From Eoetvoesiella sp. (lineage in GTDB: Bacteria > Pseudomonadota > Gammaproteobacteria > Burkholderiales > Burkholderiaceae_B), in contig NZ_DATMGA010000028.1 of the NCBI RefSeq assembly GCF_035555955.1, positions 106,402-170,401 of the forward strand: DNA of 64,000 nucleotides, read 5' to 3'. This document shows, piece by piece, positions 19,410 through 27,131 of this stretch. Within the stretch, counting starts at the first letter, position 1. The number at the start of each line of letters is the position of its first letter. The notes below the pieces were generated by a model, which had not been told where the DNA came from, did no database searches, and worked only from the letters and a program-made list of their open reading frames with translations. A program made the position numbers and the translations under genes.

Positions 19410-20540
19410 ATGAAGATCGATGTCGTTGGCGGCGGTCCGGCCGGAATGTATTTTTCAATGCTGATGAAAAAGCACGATCCTGGTCATCGCATCCGCATAT
19501 TCGAACAGAACCCCATGGACGCGACATACGGATGGGGCGTGGTTTTCTCGGACGTGGCGTTGAGCTTCCTGGAAAAGGCGGATCCCGTCTTCTACAAGAA
19601 GTTCATTGCGGGGCACGAGCGCTGCGACTATATGGAAATCGTGCACAAGGGCGTGCATGTCCAGTTGAAGAACAATCATTTTTCACGCGCTTCCCGCATC
19701 AATCTGCTGAAGACACTGCGTGAGGAATGCCTGGCGCAGGGTGTGGAGTTCGAATTCGGAACCCGCATCGACAATGCCGGCAAGCTGGACGGCGCGGACG
19801 TCATTGTGGCGGCGGACGGCGGCAACAGCGCCATTCGCACCCAGTTCGCCCAGCACTTCCAGCCCACCATCGAGACGCGGCGCAACAAGTTCGCCTGGTA
19901 TGGCACGCGCCAGCTCTTTCATCCCGTGTCGCTTATTTTCCGGGAAACCGAGCATGGCGTGTTCATGGCCCACTCCTACCAGTACAGCAAGGAGCTAAGC
20001 ACCTTCCTGGTCGAGGTGGACCCCGAAACATGGCGCCGCGCCGGCCTGGACACCATGACGGACGAGGAAAGCCGCCGCTATTGCGAAAGCGTGTTTGCGC
20101 CCGAGCTGGGCAGCAATGGCCTGTTGTCGAACCGTTCCATCTGGTTCAACGCGAACGTGGTCAGCAATGCCAAATGGAGTCACGGCAACATCGTGCTGCT
20201 GGGCGACGCCCTGCGCAGCGTGCATTTCTCGCTGGGCTCGGGCACACGCATGGCCATGCAGGATGCGATTGCGTTGCAGGAAGCCTTTACCCGCAACGGC
20301 AGCAACGTGCAGGCGGCTTTCGCCGATTTCGAAGGCCAGCGCCGCGACTCCTCGTCCAATTTCCAGGAGGCCGCCGCCAAGAGCCTGGACTGGTACGAGA
20401 ACATCGGCGAGAAGATGGGGCTGGACCCCGTTTCGTTCGCCTACGACTACATGCGCCGCACCGGCCGCGTCAGCCACGACGACCTGCGCGAACGCGACCC
20501 CGATTTCGTGGCCAGCTACGAGGCGATTGCGGCGGCGTAG
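19410..20540 (+). CDS. FAD-dependent monooxygenase resembling the N-terminal half of salicylyl-CoA 5-hydroxylase / 2-aminobenzoyl-CoA monooxygenase-reductase
   Basis: ATG 19410. MKIDVVGGGPAGMYFSMLMKK...YGWGVVFSD matches the N-terminal pattern I recall for that family. GDALRSVHFSLGSG is the FAD ribityl-binding motif. There is no OYE-like reductase domain. Confidence 0.7.
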   Translation: MKIDVVGGGPAGMYFSMLMKKHDPGHRIRIFEQNPMDATYGWGVVFSDVALSFLEKADPVFYKKFIAGHERCDYMEIVHKGVHVQLKNNHFSRASRINLLKTLREECLAQGVEFEFGTRIDNAGKLDGADVIVAADGGNSAIRTQFAQHFQPTIETRRNKFAWYGTRQLFHPVSLIFRETEHGVFMAHSYQYSKELSTFLVEVDPETWRRAGLDTMTDEESRRYCESVFAPELGSNGLLSNRSIWFNANVVSNAKWSHGNIVLLGDALRSVHFSLGSGTRMAMQDAIALQEAFTRNGSNVQAAFADFEGQRRDSSSNFQEAAAKSLDWYENIGEKMGLDPVSFAYDYMRRTGRVSHDDLRERDPDFVASYEAIAAA

Positions 20541-20563
20541 CTGGGTCTTGGCATGGCCGGGTC

Positions 20564-21196
20564 CTAGTTCTTGGGGTTTTCCCACAGCACGTCGGATCCG
20601 CCCGCGTTTTTGTTTAGTACGCGGGCCAGCACGAAGCATAGGTCCGAGAGGCGGTTCAGGTATTGGCGGGGCGGTTCGTTGACCGGTTCGCTGCGATGCA
20701 GCGTGATGACCGATCTTTCCGCGCGGCGGCAGACGGTGCGGGCCAGGTGGGCCAGCGATGCCGCCTGCGTGCCGCCGGGCAGTATGAATTCCTTGAGCGG
20801 GGTCAGCGTGGCGTTGTGTTCGGCCAGGGCGGTATCCAGAAAGGCCACGTGTTCGGCTGTCAAAGCCGTGTGATCCGGAATGCACAGCTCCGCGCCGAGG
20901 TCGAACAGGTGATGCTGGATGCGGGACAGGAGAGCATCGACCTGGCTTCGAGCATGAATTCGATTTTCACCCGTGATATGGCCAAGGCCGGGACGCGGGC
21001 GTGCATCCTGCGTTGGCTCGTCGGCGCCGTCGTGTTGTATTTGCGCGCGCAGCATGCCTATGACGGTGTTCAGTTCGTCCACGTCGCCCATGGCGGCGAT
21101 GCGCGGCGCGTCCTTGTCGACGCGGCTGCCGTCGCCAAGGCCGGTGGTGCCCTGGTCGCCGGTGCGGGTTGCAATGACTGACAAGCGTGTGGCCAT
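20564..21196 (-). CDS. PduO-type ATP:cob(I)alamin adenosyltransferase
   Basis: TRTGDQGTTGL...MGDVDELN is the PduO/MMAB N-terminal signature. It converges on the monooxygenase gene. Confidence 0.85.
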   Translation of the reverse strand: MATRLSVIATRTGDQGTTGLGDGSRVDKDAPRIAAMGDVDELNTVIGMLRAQIQHDGADEPTQDARPRPGLGHITGENRIHARSQVDALLSRIQHHLFDLGAELCIPDHTALTAEHVAFLDTALAEHNATLTPLKEFILPGGTQAASLAHLARTVCRRAERSVITLHRSEPVNEPPRQYLNRLSDLCFVLARVLNKNAGGSDVLWENPKN

Positions 21197-21297
21197 GGTG
21201 ATTTCCTTGGATGCCGCTGGGGCTTACAATTGAGTGTCCGGTCGCGGTGCCCGCATGCTGGTTGCGGAACACGGACGCCGATCAAGGAGTGTAGCGT

Positions 21298-21600
21298 ATG
21301 TCTTTTTCCCATCGTCATTTGCAGCAGGCCTTGGCGGCGGCGCTGGCCGTGGCTTCGGTGTATTCGGCCGCGGCCGTTGCGCAGGAAGCCTCGGGCTCGG
21401 GCGAAGTGCGCCGGGTGGACCCTGCCGCCGGAAAAATCACCATCAAACAGGGCGCCATCGCCGACTTGCAATTGCCGGCCATGACGCTGGTCTATCGTGC
21501 CGACCCGGCCCTGCTGAAAGACATCAAGCCCGGCGACAAGATCAGCTTCAGCGCAAAGCGCGAGGGCGATAAATACGTGGTCACCAAAATCAGCAAATAA
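21298..21600 (+). CDS. CusF-like periplasmic OB-fold protein (degenerate metal site)
   Basis: A signal peptide followed by GEVRRVDPAAGKITIKQGAIADLQLPAMTLVY, which aligns with the CusF core (ITIHHDPI..WPEMTMRF) with most ligands replaced. Confidence 0.6.
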   Translation: MSFSHRHLQQALAAALAVASVYSAAAVAQEASGSGEVRRVDPAAGKITIKQGAIADLQLPAMTLVYRADPALLKDIKPGDKISFSAKREGDKYVVTKISK

Positions 21601-21816
21601 GCGTGAATGGACGGGCGCAGGGGTGGAGCCGTAACCGCCCTCACGCTGCGCCCGCATTGCGGCGAGCGGCTTACACGCCTCAACGGGATCCCCCTCGATA
21701 AACGTTAACAGGCCCTAAAGGCCGTTCCGGCCTGGCGTTGCGCGTTCGGCCAACTCCTGTGCGCAGTTCCCCTGGATGAGCAGGATGGTCTTCGTGACAA
21801 TGGGTCCATGGTGAAG

Positions 21817-21915
21817 AGCTCCGGCCCAAGGGCCGGAGCTTCTCCGCCACGATACGGGGGCGCCTTGGGCGCCGTATCGACGTTGCCTAGCTTGACTTCG
21901 GCCTGAAGGCCGAGG
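21817..21915. repeat. Cluster of three GC-rich REP/BIME-like hairpins
   Basis: AGCTCCGGCC-caag-GGCCGGAGCT (21817-21840); CGATACGGgGGCGCC-ttg-GGCGCCCCGTATCG-like (21850-21879); CTTCGGCC-tgaa-GGCCGAGG (21896-21915). Confidence 0.6.
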
Positions 21916-21956
21916 CTTGCGCTTTGGCGTGTGGTCAATGGCCGGACACCCTATTC

Positions 21957-23453
21957 ATGAAAACCAATTTCTCGGCGGCCCAGCTCGGGCAGCCGCATAT
22001 CGCCGAAGCGGACAAAATACTTAAAACCTGCCAGCACTTCGGCTTTTGCACCTCTGGCTGTCCCACCTACGTGATCCTGCATGATGAGAACGACGGCCCG
22101 CGCGGGCGCATCGACCTCATCAAGGAAATGCTGGAAAGCGGCCAGCCACCTTCGGCCAAGACTGTCGAACACATCGACCGCTGCCTTTCGTGCATGTCGT
22201 GCATGACGACCTGCGCCGTCAATGTGGACTATATGCATCTGGTCGATACCGGCCGGGCGCATATCGAAGCGCATTACCGGCGGCCGTTCCGCGAGAGGCT
22301 GGCTCGAAACGCATTAGCCTATGTGCTGCCGCGCCCCGCGCTGTTCCGGCCGGCTCTGGCCCTGGGACGCCTGGCCGCAAGAGTCGAATACCTGGTGCCG
22401 CGTTCGATGCGGCACGCCCTGAAGCTTTTGCCCAAGAACCCGCCGGCCGATACCGTTGTGGCCGTTGATGCCAGCACCGGCGGTAGCGGCAACATCGACG
22501 TTGGCGGCACGACGCCCGCTTACCTATACCCCGCCTGGGGCGTCAGGCGATGGCGGGTTGCCATGCTGCCGGGTTGCGTGCAGCCGGTGCTGTCGCCGCA
22601 CATCAACGCCGCCACCATACGCCTGCTCAACCGCTTTGGCTGCGACGTCGTCATCCCCGCGGCAAGCGCCTGTTGCGGCTCGCTGACCTTGCATATGGGC
22701 AAGCAGGCCGCCGCAAAGGGATTTGCGGCCCGGAATGTGCGGGCCTGGCAAGAGGAGCTGGACGGCGAAGGCCTGGACGCCATTCTGGTCAATGCCTCGG
22801 GCTGCGGCACCACGGTCAAGGACTACGGCCATTTGCTGGGCGACGACGTGGACCTGGCTCCAGCCGCCGCGCGGGTGGCGGCGCTTGCCATGGATATCTG
22901 CGAATGGCTTGCCCGCATGGATATCCCCGAACCGGCAGCGCCCCGGCGCCATCGCGTGGCGTATCACGATGCCTGTTCGCTGCGCAACGCGCAGAAGGTG
23001 ACCACCCAGCCGCGAGCCTTGCTACGCAAGGCGGGCTTCCAGGTGGCGGATATTCCCGAAGCCCACTTCTGTTGTGGCTCGGCCGGCACCTACAACCTGC
23101 TGCAGCCGGCCATGGCCGCGCAGCTTGGCGAGCGCAAGGCCGCGAACATTGCCCGCACCGAACCGCAGATCGTGGCGGCGGGCAATATTGGCTGCATTAC
23201 CCAAATCGGCCTCTACAGCGGCGTTCCCATCGTGCATACGGTGGAGTTGCTGGACTGGGCCCATGGCGGCCCGCTGCCCGCGGCGTTGCGGTGGGTGGTG
23301 CTGCCGCCGCTGGAGCCTGAAGCCGCGCCCGAAGCGTTGGGAGCAAGGGAGGCCGGCTTTGCGAACGGCAAGCCAGGCGGCGAAGCGAGTGGTGGATTGA
23401 GCGGTAGCTTGAATGGCAAGGACGCCGGCGATGGCAGCGTCGGCATTTGGTAA
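21957..23453 (+). CDS. GlcF-like (Fe-S)-binding CCG-domain protein (glycolate oxidase iron-sulfur subunit family) with a C-terminal low-complexity tail
   Basis: Collinear with E. coli GlcF: DGPRGRI, CLSCMSCMTTCA, MLPGCVQPVLSP, CCGSAGTYNL, GNIGC. The first cluster motif reads CQHFGFCTSGCP, one Cys short of CxxCxxCxxxCP. Confidence 0.8.
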   Translation: MKTNFSAAQLGQPHIAEADKILKTCQHFGFCTSGCPTYVILHDENDGPRGRIDLIKEMLESGQPPSAKTVEHIDRCLSCMSCMTTCAVNVDYMHLVDTGRAHIEAHYRRPFRERLARNALAYVLPRPALFRPALALGRLAARVEYLVPRSMRHALKLLPKNPPADTVVAVDASTGGSGNIDVGGTTPAYLYPAWGVRRWRVAMLPGCVQPVLSPHINAATIRLLNRFGCDVVIPAASACCGSLTLHMGKQAAAKGFAARNVRAWQEELDGEGLDAILVNASGCGTTVKDYGHLLGDDVDLAPAAARVAALAMDICEWLARMDIPEPAAPRRHRVAYHDACSLRNAQKVTTQPRALLRKAGFQVADIPEAHFCCGSAGTYNLLQPAMAAQLGERKAANIARTEPQIVAAGNIGCITQIGLYSGVPIVHTVELLDWAHGGPLPAALRWVVLPPLEPEAAPEALGAREAGFANGKPGGEASGGLSGSLNGKDAGDGSVGIW

Positions 23454-23488
23454 TCAATGTATGCATCAATGAAAAACGAGGAAGAGAC

Positions 23489-25009
23489 ATGAACGAAAAT
23501 CTGCAAGCCTTCTTGAAGGCCGTGTCGGACGATATGGGTGCGCAATGGGTCGATACGCGCCCCGAAACCCTGAGCCGCTATGGGGAACATACCTTGCCGG
23601 ACAAGCCGCGTCCGCCTGCGGCGGTGCTGTTTCCCGATTCGACGGCGCAGGTGCAGGGCATCGTCAAGGCCGCCAATCGGTACGGCGTCGAGCTTTACCC
23701 GATCAGCACGGGCAACAATATCGGCCTGGGTTCGCGCGCCCCGGCCGGCGCGGGCCAGGTGGTGGTGGACCTGGGCTACCGGATGAACCGCATCCTGGAC
23801 ATCAACGAAGAAACCTGCCTGGCCGAGCTCGAGCCAGGCGTGAGCTTTCAGATGCTGCACGACGAATTGGCCCGGCGCGGCGACAAGCTGATGCTGTCCG
23901 CCACCTCGGGGCCGCCCCACGGCGGCGTCATCGGCAACGCCATGGATCGCGGCGCCGGCTACGGTCCGTACTTCGACCACTTCGGCATGCTTTGCGGCAT
24001 GGAGGTCGTGCTGGGCAACGGCGACATCATCCGCACCGGCGACGGCAGCCTGGACACCGACCAGCTCACCAACTGGCATGTTTCCAAGTATTCGTTCGGC
24101 CCCGCGCTGGACGGCCTGTTCTGCCAGTCCAACTACGGCATCGTGACGCGGGTGGGCATTTGGCTGATGCCGCGCCCGCCCGCGGCGCGCTCCTTCCATT
24201 TCGTGTTTCCCGACGACGAGGACATCGAGCAGATCATCGATTTGTGCCGTCCCATGAAGCTCTCGAATTTCGTGCCGTCGCTGTTCCGCATCAGCAACGA
24301 TTTATACGCCATGGCGCCCGACGAGCAGAACCCCGAGTACCGGGCGGGCAGCAAGGCGGGTTTCTCGGACGAGGGGCGCAAGGCGTTGCAGGCCAGGCAC
24401 GGCCTGGGGGCCTGGCAGGTGTCGGGCATGTTCTATGGCGCTTCGGACGCGGCGATCGAACCGCTGATCCAGCGGGTAAGGGCTCATTTCGAGCGCGGCG
24501 GAAAGGCGAAATACATCGGCCACGACGAGGCGCTGAATATTCCCGCCCTGCATATCGCCATCGATGCCATGAGCGGCAGGCCCAGCCCAAGCGAATTGGG
24601 CATGCTGCAATGGCGGCCGGGCAGCGGCAATTCGTGGTTCCTGCCGGGAACGCCCATGGTCGGCAAGCAGGCGCTGGAACTGGACAGGCTGGGACGCGGC
24701 ATTTATGCCAAGCACGGCATGGACTACATCATCATGCACGTGGCTTCGGCCAGGTTTGCCCGGGGGCTGCATGTCCTGGTCTGGAACAAGGACGACGAGG
24801 ACGAGAACGCGCGGGCCGACGCCTGCTATCGCGAGCTGTCGGCGGAGTTTGCCAAGCGTGGCGTGGGCGTGGGCCGCGCGCCCGCCGACTACTACGACCT
24901 GCATATGGAAATGACCATGCCCGCCTTGCAGAAGGCCTGCAGCGAAATCAAGAAGGCGCTGGATCCGAACGGGGTGATCAGCCCGGGCAAATACGGGATA
25001 CGCGGTTAA
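23489..25009 (+). CDS. PCMH/VAO-family FAD-binding oxidoreductase (p-cresol methylhydroxylase flavoprotein-like)
   Basis: ATG 23489 after GAGGAAGAG. YPISTGNNIGLGSRAP, GNAMDRGAGYGPY, CGMEVVLGNGD and GIVTRVGIWLMPRP parallel the PchF sequence as I recall it. Confidence 0.75.
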   Translation: MNENLQAFLKAVSDDMGAQWVDTRPETLSRYGEHTLPDKPRPPAAVLFPDSTAQVQGIVKAANRYGVELYPISTGNNIGLGSRAPAGAGQVVVDLGYRMNRILDINEETCLAELEPGVSFQMLHDELARRGDKLMLSATSGPPHGGVIGNAMDRGAGYGPYFDHFGMLCGMEVVLGNGDIIRTGDGSLDTDQLTNWHVSKYSFGPALDGLFCQSNYGIVTRVGIWLMPRPPAARSFHFVFPDDEDIEQIIDLCRPMKLSNFVPSLFRISNDLYAMAPDEQNPEYRAGSKAGFSDEGRKALQARHGLGAWQVSGMFYGASDAAIEPLIQRVRAHFERGGKAKYIGHDEALNIPALHIAIDAMSGRPSPSELGMLQWRPGSGNSWFLPGTPMVGKQALELDRLGRGIYAKHGMDYIIMHVASARFARGLHVLVWNKDDEDENARADACYRELSAEFAKRGVGVGRAPADYYDLHMEMTMPALQKACSEIKKALDPNGVISPGKYGIRG

Positions 25010-25015
25010 CAGGCT

Positions 25016-25969
25016 CTAGTGCTTGTTGACGGACTCCGGCTGGCGGCTGCGATAGGCGGAAGGGGTCACGCCGAAGCGGCGCTTGAAAAGATGGTTGAAG
25101 TGCGAGATGTCGTTGAACCCGCAGCTGTAGGCGATATTCGCAATGGGAAGCCGCGCGGATGAATCCAGTTTCTTGCTTGCCGAAGCCAGTCGTTCTTCGG
25201 TGATGAAGTCCGTAAAGCTGCTGTCCATCTGCTGCATGATTTTCTGCACCAGGCGGCGCGACATGCTCAAGGCAAGGGCTACCGAATCCAGTGTCAGATC
25301 GGGGTCGCAGAGCTTCTTGCGGATGTATCGCACGACCGTCTGGCGGCGCAGGTCTTGCGAGTCGATGCGATCCGCGCCCGCGTGTCCCGCCGTGATCTGG
25401 AGCAGGTTGCAGATGTTTTCGGTAAGCAGTTCCATATCGGACGAAACCAGCGTGGAGTTTTCGCTGGAAAGTTCGGTCAGGTACGAGAACAGCACCTCGG
25501 CAAGGGGGCCAGCCGGTGTGAAAGCCAGAGCGGAAGAGCGCATCAGGCCGGGCAGGCGTTCTTCGACCGAGCGTGCGGGCAGCTTGGCGACGACCCGCCG
25601 CACTTCGGAAGGGAAGGCCACGTGCATGGGCCTTCGCCCATCGACGATCGCGATGCTGCCCGGCAGCAGCCGCATCTGGGCATTGCCTTGTTCGATATGG
25701 GCGGCGCCGCCTATTTGCCAGCTAAGCAGGTATCCCGCGCCGCCCGCATTGCTTAACTGTTCGCGGCCGCAGTAAACGTCGTGAGGCTTGCTCCAGAACG
25801 AGGCGCAGCTCAGGTCGCCATAGCGCCGCCCGGAGATCTTCGCGGCGAAATCGCGGGACGAAAGATTGTCGACCCGCACGTTGTGGATCATTTTGCAGAT
25901 TGCATCCAGCCAGGAGCTTCTGGAGTCCGGTTCTGGACGGATGTCGGTGGACATTACGATCATTTGCAT
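25016..25969 (-). CDS. AraC family transcriptional regulator
   Basis: C-terminal double HTH (IANIAYSCGFNDISHFNHLFKRRFGVTPSAYR). The start was taken at 25969 (alternatives 25963 and 25954) because the tracked 26251 start overlaps the neighbouring LysR gene. Confidence 0.8.
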   Translation of the reverse strand: MQMIVMSTDIRPEPDSRSSWLDAICKMIHNVRVDNLSSRDFAAKISGRRYGDLSCASFWSKPHDVYCGREQLSNAGGAGYLLSWQIGGAAHIEQGNAQMRLLPGSIAIVDGRRPMHVAFPSEVRRVVAKLPARSVEERLPGLMRSSALAFTPAGPLAEVLFSYLTELSSENSTLVSSDMELLTENICNLLQITAGHAGADRIDSQDLRRQTVVRYIRKKLCDPDLTLDSVALALSMSRRLVQKIMQQMDSSFTDFITEERLASASKKLDSSARLPIANIAYSCGFNDISHFNHLFKRRFGVTPSAYRSRQPESVNKH

Positions 25970-26054
25970 TGCAGGCTCCGGACGCCCTGCTGCGGGCAGT
26001 ATGCTGTTTGGCTGGTTTGCGTGTTCAGGCAGGCCAACAGGGCACGAGTATTCT

Positions 26055-26987
26055 TCAACGATCCAATGACGTTCCAATTGCTTCGGCGCCATACCACGTG
26101 CCCGGCTCCAGGCTGGCCGCCAGGGTGGAAAGCAGAAGCCTGCGCCCCTCGAGCGCGGCCTGGGAGTGCGAACGGGCTTCGTTTTCGTACAGGGCCCAGG
26201 TAAGGTACATGCCCTTGATGGGCGCCCATTGGATTGCCTTGCCCAGGCCATGGCCGTGCAGCGCGCAGGCCGGCACGACAGTATGGCCGAAGCGGCGGCT
26301 GGCCAGTTCCAGGCACAGTCTCAGTGTATCGGTTTCGACTATGGTGCGAAAGGTCATGGACTTGCGGTTGAGCGCGTTTTCGATTTGCGTGCGCAGCACG
26401 TTGGGGCGCGCCGGAAGAACCAGCTGCAGGTCGTTCAACTGGGTGATGGGCACGGGCTCGTCCGGAGCCAGGCTGGTTTGCGCGTGGCCCACCAGCACCA
26501 GAGGCTCGCGCAGCAAGGCGGTTTGCCGGTAGCCGCTGGGCGGGGTCTGGTCGAAGGGCACGATGCATAAATCGAGCAGGCCGGCCAGCAGATGCTCGCG
26601 CAGCAGGTTGCTGACGCCTTCGTACATGCGCAGCATGATGCCGGGGTATTCCCGCAGTAGCGTATCCACGAAGGCCAGGGTGAATACATGATGCCAGGAG
26701 GGCGGAATGCCGATGGACAATTGCCCCGCCGCGCGCTCGCCCACTTGTTCCTTGAGGACGGCGAACTGGCGCAGCAAGGGGCGCGCCCGGTCGGCCAGCA
26801 GCTTGCCCGCATCGGTCAGGCGCACGCCGCCTTGCGAACGGGTGAAAAGCTGCGCCTTCATTTCGTGTTCGAGCGCGGCGATGTGGCGTGACAAGGCGGG
26901 CTGCGACAACCCCAGATCGGCGGCGGCGCGGTTGATGCTGCCCAGCTCGGCGACCCGCAAATAGCATTCCAGCAATCGTGAATCCAT
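26055..26987 (-). CDS. LysR family transcriptional regulator
   Basis: MDSRLLECYLRVAELGSINRAAADLGLSQPALSRHIAALE is the wHTH. It is divergent from the 27132 operon. Confidence 0.9.
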   Translation of the reverse strand: MDSRLLECYLRVAELGSINRAAADLGLSQPALSRHIAALEHEMKAQLFTRSQGGVRLTDAGKLLADRARPLLRQFAVLKEQVGERAAGQLSIGIPPSWHHVFTLAFVDTLLREYPGIMLRMYEGVSNLLREHLLAGLLDLCIVPFDQTPPSGYRQTALLREPLVLVGHAQTSLAPDEPVPITQLNDLQLVLPARPNVLRTQIENALNRKSMTFRTIVETDTLRLCLELASRRFGHTVVPACALHGHGLGKAIQWAPIKGMYLTWALYENEARSHSQAALEGRRLLLSTLAASLEPGTWYGAEAIGTSLDR

Positions 26988-27032
26988 AGATGCCTATTAT
27001 CCACAAAATGGCTAACAATTATAGATCAATAG

Positions 27033-27048
27033 CATTATTCAGATAATG
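27033..27048. promoter_or_regulatory. Inverted repeat CATTATTCAGATAATG, candidate LysR-type site
   Basis: Dyad in the AT-rich divergent region between the LysR gene (26987) and the dehydrogenase gene (27132). Confidence 0.35.
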
Positions 27049-27131
27049 GGACGCTGTCTACACTTGTTGCAATGTTCGAGGGCTTGAGTACCGGGCCACG
27101 GGAAAACACACAGAAAGGCACAGTGAGTAGC

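Noticed and set aside
21704-21718. Exact 15-mer GTTAACAGGCCCTAA shared with 38462-38476, with looser variants near 25007 and 40880
   Set aside because: For a 64-kb window, one or a few exact 15-mer coincidences are expected by chance (pairs divided by 4^15 is on the order of 1). The flanks do not align, and the motif coincides with stop-codon-rich gene ends.
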